Positions 15,903 to 25,877 of a stretch of DNA of 58,847 nt are shown here, in pieces. The translations under genes and the position numbers were made by a program. How positions within the stretch are numbered: the first letter of the stretch is position 1; every line of letters starts with the position of its first letter. The stretch is from a virus (Duplodnaviria > Caudoviricetes), in the IMG/VR virus record IMGVR_UViG_3300009124_000013, positions 1 through 58,847 of that record. One strand, 5' to 3'. The notes below the pieces were generated by a model. The model was not told where the DNA came from and did not search any database. It saw only the letters and a program-made list of their open reading frames with translations.

Positions 15903-16084
15903 CCCTCTTCCAAAATAGTTTGGAAAACTATTACAGAACTAACTTTGCATTAATGCAATATCATAAGTACAGTTTGACTGAACTTGATAATCTTATTCCA
16001 TGGGAAAAGGAAATCTATATTGCATTACTCAAGCAATATCTGGAAGAGGAAAAGAAAAAGATAGAAAGAGAAAGTAATAGATGA
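15890..16084 (+). CDS. gp51: baseplate hub assembly catalyst; open frame lacking an upstream ATG (first ATG 15953)
   Basis: SLENYYRTNFALMQYHKYSLTELDNLIPWEKEIYIALLKQYLEEE is the cyanophage gp51 pattern; -1 frame relative to gp26. Not in the ORF track. Confidence 0.85.
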   Translation, partial: FFRIALFQNSLENYYRTNFALMQYHKYSLTELDNLIPWEKEIYIALLKQYLEEEKKKIERESNR

Positions 16085-18648
16085 ACGAAAAGCAACTAGG
16101 AGAAAGAGAATATACTGACGCCATAATGTCAATTTATGGCGCTAATCCTGTTGCGTCTATTGCGGGAGCATATAAATCAAAAGAACAAAAGCAGTTACCA
16201 GAAAATCCAGAAACTGAAACTGTTCCTACAGGATCTTTATATAAAGAAACTCGTGGGTTGTTACTTGCTGCAAGAAAGAATCTTAAACTTAAGAAGACAA
16301 TTCTTGCTTATGAAAAGAGAAGGTTTAAACAATTACAAGTAGATCTTGGGGATTCTCTTAAAAAACCAAAGGGGAAGGATAAAAAAAAGGAAGATGAGGA
16401 ACTTTTAAAGATTCCAGAAGATCCCGCCAAGATGTCCATTAGAAAATGGATGCGAGATCTTGCTAGAAAGTTACTACAAAAGATTAGACAGGCGATTGGT
16501 AATAAGATTAAACAGTTTCTTAAGAAACGTTTTCTTAAGAAATATAGAAAACTATCTCCCGAAAAGAGAAAGAGATTAAGAGATAGGAAGAAATTCTTTG
16601 ATAAACAGAAAAGGCGCTTTAAACGTTTTACGAATAGGGGTGGATTTAGAGGTGCTATTCGCAGAGGTCTTGGTAGATTTGCCACTAAAATTATAGGCAA
16701 GAGAAATGCTGCTAGATTTAGATTATTCAGACAGACAGGTGGAGTTAGAGGTGCAGCATTAAGGGGGGCAAGAAGAGCATTTTTCAAAGGAGTTAGTGTA
16801 GTAAAGGGTATTCCTGGCACTATTAGATCTCTTAGGGGTCTTGCTGGAATGGTAAGTACTCCGATACTTGGAACTGCTAGAGAAGGAGCAGGGGCAGTTG
16901 CTACTAAAGCGGGTAGAGGATTTCTTGCAAAAACTGCAAGAAATGCATTAGTAGGTACTTTAGGAAAGGGCGGCACTAAAACAGCATTGAAATTTGTTAA
17001 AAAATTTATATCTCCTCTTATTAAAAAGATTCCTATTGTTGGCGCTCTTGCTGACTTCTTATTAAATGTATTTGTTTTTAAAGAATCACCAGGGAAATCT
17101 GCATTTAAAGCAGTTGCTGCTGGATTGTTGACATTTGTTGGGGGCGCTCTTGGTAGTGTTGTTCCTGGTGCTGGAACTTTTATTGGTGGACTTCTTGGTG
17201 GAATGGCAGGTGATGCCTTGGGTGGTCTATTGTATGATGCTATTTTTGGTGGCGGAAGTGCGTCTACTCCTGAGGGTACAACTGTTCCTGCAGCAAAGGA
17301 TGGAATGAAAGTTGGGGCAAAACCTCAACTGGTTCTTGTGGGCGAGGGGGGTGAAGAGGAGTGGATTATTCCAAAAAGTAAACTTGCTTGGTGGTTGGGT
17401 GCATCTGAATCAGCATTAAATCTATTCACCTTTGGTGCTTTTCCTGTATTCAGTGCAGTAAGAGCATTACTTTCTGCAACAGGAGCAGGGGGAAGTGTTA
17501 TACCTGCAGATGTTCCAGAGGGAAGTTCTGAAGGTGCAAAACCTAAGGTAGATGCAAAGAAACCAGAATCAATTAACAGTAATTTTGGAGACACTCTTTT
17601 TGGATTCTTCAAGAAGGGAATTGGAAAACTTAAAGATTCGTTTGTTGGAGTTCTCGATAAAGTAAAATCATTCTTGCCTGATCTTAGTGGACTGCCTCTT
17701 GAGGTGAAAGTTGCATTGAAAGGCATTGCTACTATGGCTGGTGGCGGAATGGTTATGTTGGTTGACTTCTTACTGGGGGGTGGAGGTGCTAAAGCAGCAA
17801 CCACTGGTGGTGGAAATACACCTGCCAATGCATTGAGTGGCGGTGGATTCGAATATACTGACCCTGATAGTAGCACTACTATCACTGTGACCAGTCAGTA
17901 TGGAATGAGAACCCATCCAATTTATGGAACTGCAAAAATGCATGGGGGAACAGATATTTCTGCTACTGGAGGAACTCCATTGAGAGCAATTAGTGATGGT
18001 GAGGTAGTTGATTCGGATGCATTAGGAAATAAAGGATGGGGTAACTTCTTAGTATTTAAAGATGATCAAGGAATTTTCCATCTTTATGGTCACATGCAGG
18101 GTGGATATAAGAGAGGTGGACAAGTAAAGAAAGGTGATATTATCGGTAAAGTTGGCAGTACTGGAGCATCGACGGGTCCTCATTTACACTGGGAAGCAGG
18201 AACTGGATGGAATGGTGGTGTTATTACTGGTAAGTTTGATCCTCTATCAAGATACACTGCAGAGCAACCATTCTTTACCAAAAAAGCAGAAGAAACTCCA
18301 GGTGATGATGAAAAATCAATAGCGTCAACACCTCCACCAGCAGCAACACCACCAAAACAACAGATGGGTCGTGCTGCTGCTAAAAGAAGATCGGACTCTG
18401 CAGCAAGGGCAAGACGAGAAGCACGAGCAGAAGCACCTCCAGTAGCACCTCTAAATAAAAAAGATACTGCTAGTGCTCTAGAAGAATTTGGCACCATGGA
18501 TGAAGATAATAATCAACAAGTTGCTGTTATTGAAGTTCCTGTCACTAGAACTGAGTATATTCCTATGCCACTTCCCCTTAGTACTGCTGGGGCAAGATCT
18601 GTAAGTAACACTCCTGCTTGGGGTCAGGGTGCAGTATTAGGAGCGTAA
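16081..18648 (+). CDS. tape-measure-like virion protein with M23 peptidase domain
   Basis: Basic N-region, Gly/Ala hydrophobic segments, TSQYGMR..HGGTD..YGH..STGPHLHWE..DP at 17881-18243. Confidence 0.8.
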   Translation: MNEKQLGEREYTDAIMSIYGANPVASIAGAYKSKEQKQLPENPETETVPTGSLYKETRGLLLAARKNLKLKKTILAYEKRRFKQLQVDLGDSLKKPKGKDKKKEDEELLKIPEDPAKMSIRKWMRDLARKLLQKIRQAIGNKIKQFLKKRFLKKYRKLSPEKRKRLRDRKKFFDKQKRRFKRFTNRGGFRGAIRRGLGRFATKIIGKRNAARFRLFRQTGGVRGAALRGARRAFFKGVSVVKGIPGTIRSLRGLAGMVSTPILGTAREGAGAVATKAGRGFLAKTARNALVGTLGKGGTKTALKFVKKFISPLIKKIPIVGALADFLLNVFVFKESPGKSAFKAVAAGLLTFVGGALGSVVPGAGTFIGGLLGGMAGDALGGLLYDAIFGGGSASTPEGTTVPAAKDGMKVGAKPQLVLVGEGGEEEWIIPKSKLAWWLGASESALNLFTFGAFPVFSAVRALLSATGAGGSVIPADVPEGSSEGAKPKVDAKKPESINSNFGDTLFGFFKKGIGKLKDSFVGVLDKVKSFLPDLSGLPLEVKVALKGIATMAGGGMVMLVDFLLGGGGAKAATTGGGNTPANALSGGGFEYTDPDSSTTITVTSQYGMRTHPIYGTAKMHGGTDISATGGTPLRAISDGEVVDSDALGNKGWGNFLVFKDDQGIFHLYGHMQGGYKRGGQVKKGDIIGKVGSTGASTGPHLHWEAGTGWNGGVITGKFDPLSRYTAEQPFFTKKAEETPGDDEKSIASTPPPAATPPKQQMGRAAAKRRSDSAARARREARAEAPPVAPLNKKDTASALEEFGTMDEDNNQQVAVIEVPVTRTEYIPMPLPLSTAGARSVSNTPAWGQGAVLGA

Positions 18649-18651
18649 GAC

Positions 18652-21093
18652 ATGTATAATTCATTTCCACCAGAAGGGACATTAGATCCACAACAACCTT
18701 GGTATAAAGCACCGATTGGCGCTGCTCATTGGGATAGATTTAAAGCAAAACTTACTGGTGGAAGAGATGCATCGGGCACCTCATATTTTTCCATGGTTAA
18801 TGTATCTGCCGCTGAGGCAGATAAGATTATTGCTAATATGAAGAAGGATCCCAGAGGGTATCCTCAAATAAATCAAGCTGATCCAGAAGCTCTGTATAAC
18901 TACCAAACTTGGGTTGTATCTGAGTATCTTGGATCCAAACCAAAGGGATCTGAATTAATTGATGATAAAGATGTAGGTAAGACACCAGAAGGTAAAACTA
19001 CTGTTTACAAAGCAGCAGATAAGTTTGTAGATGATAAGAAAGAATTCTCAAAAGCACAAGAACAAAAACTTGAAGATGCTTTAGAAGAAACATCTGACAA
19101 GATTATGGATGCTGTCGATGAATTAATCGCACAGCAGAAGCAGGCATTTGAAGAATTTAAGAGACAGGAAGAAGAAAAGGTAAAACAGAGAATTGCTGGA
19201 TACGATCAATACCCAAGTGCGATTGGTCCCTTGCCTATGCAAGGTCCAAAGCAAGCACCTAAGAAATCAAGTTCTTCAGATGATGATCCCTGGGAATCTG
19301 AAGTTAATGATCAACTTGGAACAAAGTTGGATGAGTTACTTGAACAAGTTAAAAATGATCCTCTTCCTCAAGCGAGTACAAAAAGAAGAAAGACAAAAGG
19401 TAAAACGCCTATCAAGAGAAGAAAACTACTTGGTGAGAGTGCAGGATTAAGTACTACGTTATCTGAAATCCTTCAAAATGTTTCTGACACTAAGCAGACC
19501 TTGTTTGATTTATATGATGTAGAAAAAGAAAGGTTCGAACTTAGAAAAACTACAGATAGCAATCTAACTCAATTGCTTAAATCTAAAGCAAGAGAGGCAG
19601 GATTAGAAGGTACTGGTTTATCTGGTGTTGATGGTAAAGGAAATGAAGAAAAGAGAAAACCAACAATTGTAGAAAGAGCTGCTGGTTCTGGTTTAATTGC
19701 TGCTGCAGCAGCATTGATCATTCCAATGGCACTGACTGCATTGAGACCTCTTTTCCAGCAGGATATTAAGGATGCAGATAAAGATCAGGAAGATGTTCCT
19801 CCTCCCGATCCTGTTACAGATTCTCCAGAATCTGCTCCAGTTGAACAAGAACCAGTTGCACCAGTAGAGGAACCTGAATCTGGAATTGAACCTCAACCAA
19901 CTACACCACAGAATGCACCTCCAACCCAATTACCAAATACTTCTATTCCTGGTGATTATGATTATAATCCAAACGCAGGAGTGCCAATGCGTGCTGCTGC
20001 AAAGGGTGGAAAGTTTACTAAAGGTAAGCATGAAAAGTTAAAACCTATTGGTAAAGGTGATGCTAAAGAACCTACAGGACTGAAGAAACTAAAGAAACCA
20101 TTAATGTCTGCAGTGACTTTACCATTAAAAGCAGCAGCATTTGGTCCACTTATGCTTGCCAAAACAGTTTTAAGTCCATTTGCATCATTCCTTCCACCAC
20201 CAGCAGTTGATTTTGTAAAGAAAATCTTTGATAATGTTGCAAAATCTGCTGGATTATCTGGATTTGACTTTTCAATCACTTCTGCTGGAAAGGGACTCTT
20301 TGAAAAATTGATTGAATTAATTGAATCAATTTTTAAACCCATATTTGATTTGTTCAAAGGATCTAAATCTCCAAATACTTCTGGTCCTGGTCCCAGCACA
20401 CCTTCTGAGAGGACAAAATCTTCTGGAAGTACAAGTTCTGGATCACAAAGCCAAAAAGCAGTAGCGGGTGTTCTCAAAGAAGAATTTCAATCTCAAGGAT
20501 TATCTGCAGCTGGTGCTAAACTTGCAACTGCAGAAATTGGAAGAGAAAATTCATTAAATAGAAATCTTATCTTAGGTTCTCATGATGATGGTGGTAAGAC
20601 AGCATGGGGTGCTATTAGTTGGCAAGGAGGCAGAGAACAAGTATTATTTGACGAATTGAAGGCAAGAGGAATTGCAGCAACTCCTGAAGGACTTGCAGGA
20701 AGTGGAGATGCAGGAATTCAAGCAAATGCTGCTGCAATGGTTAAGGAGATGGAAGCGAGGGGTCATACTGAACTTCTTAATATCCTTAAAAAAGAGAATC
20801 CTACTCCAGAAGAAATGGATAGGGCAAGACAATTGTTTAAAGACCAATACTTCGTATACAATAAAAGTATTCCTTTGCAGAGGTCGAGAGATTGGTATGA
20901 TGTTGTTGATAAGATGGGTCCAGAACCTAAAGCTTCTCCACCACCAGCAAAACCTACACCAGAACCAAGACCAAGAGCACAATCTAGAAGCGCACAAATT
21001 AGTCAGAGATTAGCAGAGAGAAATAAAAAACCAAAAGCAACGAAACCAACAGTACCAGTAGGAACTTCAACTGATAAACAATCTGGAGTATAA
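18652..21093 (+). CDS. tape-measure-like virion protein with tail-lysozyme-like domain
   Basis: Coiled coils, TM-like segment, C-terminal GLS..GA....AEIGREN..WGAISWQGGR. Confidence 0.65.
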   Translation: MYNSFPPEGTLDPQQPWYKAPIGAAHWDRFKAKLTGGRDASGTSYFSMVNVSAAEADKIIANMKKDPRGYPQINQADPEALYNYQTWVVSEYLGSKPKGSELIDDKDVGKTPEGKTTVYKAADKFVDDKKEFSKAQEQKLEDALEETSDKIMDAVDELIAQQKQAFEEFKRQEEEKVKQRIAGYDQYPSAIGPLPMQGPKQAPKKSSSSDDDPWESEVNDQLGTKLDELLEQVKNDPLPQASTKRRKTKGKTPIKRRKLLGESAGLSTTLSEILQNVSDTKQTLFDLYDVEKERFELRKTTDSNLTQLLKSKAREAGLEGTGLSGVDGKGNEEKRKPTIVERAAGSGLIAAAAALIIPMALTALRPLFQQDIKDADKDQEDVPPPDPVTDSPESAPVEQEPVAPVEEPESGIEPQPTTPQNAPPTQLPNTSIPGDYDYNPNAGVPMRAAAKGGKFTKGKHEKLKPIGKGDAKEPTGLKKLKKPLMSAVTLPLKAAAFGPLMLAKTVLSPFASFLPPPAVDFVKKIFDNVAKSAGLSGFDFSITSAGKGLFEKLIELIESIFKPIFDLFKGSKSPNTSGPGPSTPSERTKSSGSTSSGSQSQKAVAGVLKEEFQSQGLSAAGAKLATAEIGRENSLNRNLILGSHDDGGKTAWGAISWQGGREQVLFDELKARGIAATPEGLAGSGDAGIQANAAAMVKEMEARGHTELLNILKKENPTPEEMDRARQLFKDQYFVYNKSIPLQRSRDWYDVVDKMGPEPKASPPPAKPTPEPRPRAQSRSAQISQRLAERNKKPKATKPTVPVGTSTDKQSGV

Positions 21094-21095
21094 TT

Positions 21096-22391
21096 ATGTC
21101 AGAACCACTAATTCAGGAAAATTTTAGAGTAGAGTCAATTACTGTCAAGGTTTCTGACCCTAACAACCCAGAAAATAAAATCAAAACTTACCTAGATAAG
21201 GACTCTGTATCTCAGTTTGAGTATAGAGAAGGATTGCTTGATAAGTTTTTAAAAGTAACTTTGCAAATTGCAGATAGCAATAGTGCTTTATCTGATAAGT
21301 TAGTTGGTATGGAACAGTTTGAAGTTGTAGTTCATGACCTAGCACATGATGTTAAGTATGAATTTACTGAAGAATCTATTAACGGACCTTTATACGTATT
21401 TCAAATTCATGATAAGATTATAGTAGATAGTGTAAAGATCTTAGTGCTTGAACTGTGTAGAAAGGACGCAATTGAAGGAATGCAAATTAGGGTGTGTAAA
21501 AAGTACACATCAGTTAAGGCAGAAGAGTTAGCAGAGGATATTCTTAAGAATGTTCTCAACACAAAAAAACCATATACAAATGTATCAAAAAGTTCTAATA
21601 CTTTAACATTCATTCCCCCAAATTCAAGACCATATGATGTTTTGTTTTGGTCTAAGAATAAGTATTTTGCTGGTGATCAAAAAAGTACAGCAACTGGTGG
21701 TGGATATGCTAGTGCTGGGTACTTATTTTGGGAAACTTATGATCAATATAATTTTAAATCTATTGACTCACTTGCAGGTCAAACTGAAGAAAAGCAAGTA
21801 TATACTACTGGAACTGGTGTTGGTGGAAACGATGAGTACTACAAGATTAGAGACCCTAGTTTCCCCAAATCACTTGATATGATGACTGACTTTGATAGAG
21901 GATTCTACTCTGGTACTATAGAATTCTTTGATGTAGTTAACTGTGAATATAAAGAAGAACCATACACTCTAAAGGAAAACTTCTCTAAATGGAAGACAGT
22001 GACTGGAAACTCTACCCTACCTTCCCTATATAGTGATGTATTAGATAAAGGATATACCCGCACAATGGCGTTATCCTATAATGATGATCTATTTTTAGAA
22101 CCTGAAGGTGAAACTACTAATAGTAAAATGCTGTTCAAAGAAACAGTAACCCAATCCGTTCAAAGAATGGGTGTTTTTACTAGTCAGATTATGCAAGGTA
22201 GAGTGTATGGTAACATGAGATTGAATGCTGGTGATATTATCAACGTTGAGTTCTTAGGTGCTGACGGTGGGCTTGACAAAAACTACAGTGGGCGCTATGT
22301 TATCTTTGATGTTCTTCACATCTACTCTAAAGGTGATGAAATTAAATTGAAGACAGATTTAACTTTAGTAAGAGATTCATTCGGAGTTTAA
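21096..22391 (+). CDS. baseplate hub / tail protein (gp27-like)
   Basis: YLFWET..YNFKSID, LNAGDII, SGRYVI..V.H, LVRDS; upstream of gp5. Confidence 0.65.
   Translation: MSEPLIQENFRVESITVKVSDPNNPENKIKTYLDKDSVSQFEYREGLLDKFLKVTLQIADSNSALSDKLVGMEQFEVVVHDLAHDVKYEFTEESINGPLYVFQIHDKIIVDSVKILVLELCRKDAIEGMQIRVCKKYTSVKAEELAEDILKNVLNTKKPYTNVSKSSNTLTFIPPNSRPYDVLFWSKNKYFAGDQKSTATGGGYASAGYLFWETYDQYNFKSIDSLAGQTEEKQVYTTGTGVGGNDEYYKIRDPSFPKSLDMMTDFDRGFYSGTIEFFDVVNCEYKEEPYTLKENFSKWKTVTGNSTLPSLYSDVLDKGYTRTMALSYNDDLFLEPEGETTNSKMLFKETVTQSVQRMGVFTSQIMQGRVYGNMRLNAGDIINVEFLGADGGLDKNYSGRYVIFDVLHIYSKGDEIKLKTDLTLVRDSFGV
22273..22301 (+). promoter_or_regulatory. internal sigma70 promoter for cp12
   Basis: TTGACA-N17-TATGTT about 95 nt before the cp12 ATG. 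Confidence 0.6.
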
Positions 22392-22395
22392 AACT

Positions 22396-22608
22396 ATGGA
22401 AAATATCGAGAAGCATATTGAAGCAGATAAAGAGGAACTTGAAAACCCTCAACTCTCTCCACAACGCCGTCGTCATTTGGAAGATGAACTTGATCAGTTA
22501 GAAGCATATCATGAAAATCATCCAGAGGATCATCATGATCCCACACCATTAGAATTGTACTGTGACGCAAATCCAAATGCACTTGAATGTAGGGTATACG
22601 AGGACTGA
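22396..22608 (+). CDS. cp12: Calvin cycle inhibitor CP12
   Basis: SPQRRRH..ELxxLxxY..HP..HDPTPLELYCDANPNALECRVYED. Confidence 0.96.
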   Translation: MENIEKHIEADKEELENPQLSPQRRRHLEDELDQLEAYHENHPEDHHDPTPLELYCDANPNALECRVYED

Positions 22609-24800
22609 TGTTAGGAGCGGCACCGACTTTAGAATCTAATTATTGGTTTGGAGCACAAGGCAATCGCCTGTGGATCGGACAAGTCGAATGTGATGGCGCT
22701 AAAACCATCACAGAAGAGAAATGTGTCGATTACCAAGAGTCCAACCGAGTCAAGGTTAGGATTATGGGGTATCATACCAGAAGCAGAGATACTCTTCCTT
22801 CCTTGGATTTGCCATGGGCAACAGTATTGATGCCCACTACTGAATCAATTACTAGATTTGGTTCTGGAGCTACCCATGGTCTTGAAAATGGAATGTGGGT
22901 ATTAGGAACTTTCATGGATGGAGAGAGTGCTCAGCAACCATTGGTAATGGGATCTATTGGTATCGTAGATAAAAGACAAGATACCTATGAAGATAGAGTA
23001 AAGAGAACTGCAGGTAATAATGACCTTGCTTCTTCTCGTCCAGATACCACAGAGAATAATAAAGCTTCAACTGGTGGTCATGGACCGTCAAATAGGGGTC
23101 AAAATACTGGCACGAAAAGTACAAACGATACCACTCAGCAAAAGAACGAAAAGCAAACCCTTACGATTGCTAATGGTAAATGTGGACCAAGACCAGAATC
23201 TGATTTTGCAAAGATCTTCAACGATCTGTTCCAATCCATTGACAAGAATGATAAAGTTGGTACAAAATTAGTTGATAAAACCACTGGCAATATTACTGAA
23301 AGTGCAGCATTAATTTCAACTTATGTTGGTAGATTGGGTGCTGCTGCTAGTAGTATTCTTGGAGATATTAAGCAGTTAGTTCTTAATGAATTTCAAAAGT
23401 ATTTTAAAGAGTATATTATTACTCCTATTACTACAGCATTGGCATTAAGTCCAACAAAGAAATCTCCTTCTATTTGGGTAGCAGATGAACTTGGTGATGC
23501 ACTACTGGAGATTTTAAAGTGTCTGTTTAAGACCGTTTTTGAAGAGGTATTAAATTTAATCTTAGATATTGTTACTGGAATTATTGATGACTTCTTGAAC
23601 ACTGCATTTTGTATGGTTTCTGATGTCATCCAATCAATCACTAGTCAAATTTCAAGTGCAGTTGATTCTGCATTAGGTGCGTTTAGTTCAGTAGCATCTC
23701 TTATTAGTGAGTATGGTGATTGGGCAGGAAGTTGGGTTAAGAAAGTAGGAGATCTGATCGCACAATTCTGCGATGGTCAACTTTCCTGTATCATTGGAAC
23801 TGGTGCTTACGATACTAAAGGTGGAGAAATTCCTGACAACTCTGTTGATGCATTCTTCAATGGACTTGAAACCTTTGGTGGACTGCCAAATGAAACTAAC
23901 GTCGGATTGTTTGGTAGTGATTCGTTCTTAAGTACTTTTGAAAATACTCAAATCATTGGAAGTGATGGTAAAGTTGCTAAGGGTACGTTAGATTGTTCTA
24001 AGACAAATACTTTTGCATTCCCATCTATTCCTGATCTGTTCTTTACTGGACTTGAGTACATTTATGATGATTTCATTGGAGATTTCCCTGGTCCATTCCC
24101 AAGTACATATTCATCTGGATCTAATTATCCAAGAGCAATTCCTGCCATCGATTCAAGTGGAAAAGTTGCAGGTTGTATTGTGACTAATCCAGGTAAAGAT
24201 TTATCTGTAGGATTGAAGGCATCTATTATTCCTTATAGAGGATGGGGAGGCAATGCCGTTATTCAACCTGTAATTAAAGATGGAAAAGTTTCTGATATGA
24301 TTGTAATTAATCCTGGTGGGGGATATCCTTACTTTAATGGATCTGACTTACGTCCTAAGATTCCCGAAAAGGAAGATGGTCAACCTGATTATGATAAGAT
24401 CAAAGGAATTCACACTGAGAATGAATATTGGTTAGGTATTATTACTCCTAACAACCCACCGTTGGTTGTTAATGCAGGTCAAAATCTTGATGAAACTTGT
24501 GGTATTATTGTTGAACCAGATCCAAATGAAGTGTATGAGGTTGTTTTGCCTGAACTTGAACCTGTTATTGTTAACGGAAGGTTAATCAGCGTCAAAGTTG
24601 TTAAGGAAGGGTTTGGATTCTCAACACTACCTAAGATGTATGTTGGGTGTACTGGAAATGTAAATGCTGGAGATCAAAAACGAGCAGTGATCAAACCCAG
24701 TGTTCAATATATTCCAAGAAAGAATGCGAAGGATTATCTGAATCTCTTTGAAGATTATAGAGATGTTATTGATTGTGTAGGATACCCAGGAGATAATTGA
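22608..24800 (+). CDS. gp5: baseplate hub spike, N-terminal OB-fold part
   Basis: WIGQV, RVKVRIMGYH, DLPWA, VLGTFMDGESAQQPLVMG. Confidence 0.85.
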   Translation: MLGAAPTLESNYWFGAQGNRLWIGQVECDGAKTITEEKCVDYQESNRVKVRIMGYHTRSRDTLPSLDLPWATVLMPTTESITRFGSGATHGLENGMWVLGTFMDGESAQQPLVMGSIGIVDKRQDTYEDRVKRTAGNNDLASSRPDTTENNKASTGGHGPSNRGQNTGTKSTNDTTQQKNEKQTLTIANGKCGPRPESDFAKIFNDLFQSIDKNDKVGTKLVDKTTGNITESAALISTYVGRLGAAASSILGDIKQLVLNEFQKYFKEYIITPITTALALSPTKKSPSIWVADELGDALLEILKCLFKTVFEEVLNLILDIVTGIIDDFLNTAFCMVSDVIQSITSQISSAVDSALGAFSSVASLISEYGDWAGSWVKKVGDLIAQFCDGQLSCIIGTGAYDTKGGEIPDNSVDAFFNGLETFGGLPNETNVGLFGSDSFLSTFENTQIIGSDGKVAKGTLDCSKTNTFAFPSIPDLFFTGLEYIYDDFIGDFPGPFPSTYSSGSNYPRAIPAIDSSGKVAGCIVTNPGKDLSVGLKASIIPYRGWGGNAVIQPVIKDGKVSDMIVINPGGGYPYFNGSDLRPKIPEKEDGQPDYDKIKGIHTENEYWLGIITPNNPPLVVNAGQNLDETCGIIVEPDPNEVYEVVLPELEPVIVNGRLISVKVVKEGFGFSTLPKMYVGCTGNVNAGDQKRAVIKPSVQYIPRKNAKDYLNLFEDYRDVIDCVGYPGDN

Positions 24801-25816
24801 TGGCACATACAGATTTACACGCAAAAACAGAGGAAAGAGCATATAAGTCAAGACCCAGTTTCACTGCAGAAGCAGCGAAAGAAAATGGGATGACTGAGGA
24901 GGCAATTGAAGCTGCTCAAAGTATCATTGCCAAAGATGAGAGTGACAAAGTTGAATATCCAAAGAACAAAGCAAAGACCACAATTGTTGGTCACAAATGG
25001 GAGATGAATGAAACTGAGGGTAATGAATATATTAACCTCAGACATGGACTCACTGGGGCATACATTAAAATGTTTGCTAATGGTGATGTGCAAGTTCATG
25101 CTCCCACTAGAGATGTCAATGTGTTTGCAGCAAGGCACATCAATGTAAAAACTGGATCTACTATGGATGCCAAAGACCCCAGTAAAAATGATAGGTTAAA
25201 TATTAATGTCACTGGAAATTTCCATATGGAAGTCGAAGGTGATATGCATACCTTGGTTAAGGGTAATCGATACACCACTATCAATGGTACAGATAATCTA
25301 ATCGTCAAAGATCTTTGTAGTCAGGTTTATTCTGACTTGTCGCAAAAGATTACTGGTTCTCAAACTGTCGAGGCAAGCAAGTATAAAATTGATGCCTCAA
25401 ACATTCAGCGTAATTTGTTGAATGGTGGCATCATGAGGGATAGGTTTGCTGGAACCTATGTCATTGAACAATATAGTCCTGGTGGTTGTATTGAAATTAA
25501 TTCTGCTGGAGATATTGACCTTACTGCTATTGGACACATTAGACAGACAACTGTAAGTAATCTTACTTTCACTGTTGGTGGAAAGGTTGATTACTTGATT
25601 TCAGGTCTTAGGGTCACGGGAAGTCCAACTGGAGTACCTACTGGTCCTCTCGCTACCACAGAATCGTCATTTTCGATCAACTGTGCAGCAGGTTCAATAA
25701 CTGGCACAGCACTCCTTGGCAACATCAATCTCGCTGCTACTGTAGGTACTATGCAACTCTTCGCTGGAGGTGCATTCCTCAAGGTCAACTGCCTTACTGG
25801 CGTTTACCTCAACTAG
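24800..25816 (+). CDS. gp5 C-terminal-like beta-helix spike protein
   Basis: YPKN..T..GH..E..ET.G.E.I..RH..G; VxGxxxxx repeats. Confidence 0.7.
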   Translation: MAHTDLHAKTEERAYKSRPSFTAEAAKENGMTEEAIEAAQSIIAKDESDKVEYPKNKAKTTIVGHKWEMNETEGNEYINLRHGLTGAYIKMFANGDVQVHAPTRDVNVFAARHINVKTGSTMDAKDPSKNDRLNINVTGNFHMEVEGDMHTLVKGNRYTTINGTDNLIVKDLCSQVYSDLSQKITGSQTVEASKYKIDASNIQRNLLNGGIMRDRFAGTYVIEQYSPGGCIEINSAGDIDLTAIGHIRQTTVSNLTFTVGGKVDYLISGLRVTGSPTGVPTGPLATTESSFSINCAAGSITGTALLGNINLAATVGTMQLFAGGAFLKVNCLTGVYLN

Positions 25817-25821
25817 GGGGC

Positions 25822-25850
25822 TTGACAAACCAAGATCCCTGTGCTACTAT
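25822..25850 (+). promoter_or_regulatory. sigma70 promoter
   Basis: TTGACA-N17-TACTAT with TGn. Confidence 0.8.
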
Positions 25851-25877
25851 TACTTCGTTCAGTTGATTACCCACTTC

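Noticed and set aside
16308-20997. Long antisense ORFs (222, 186, 171, 117 aa)
   Set aside because: Mirror frames of low-complexity Gly/Ala/Lys-rich sense genes.
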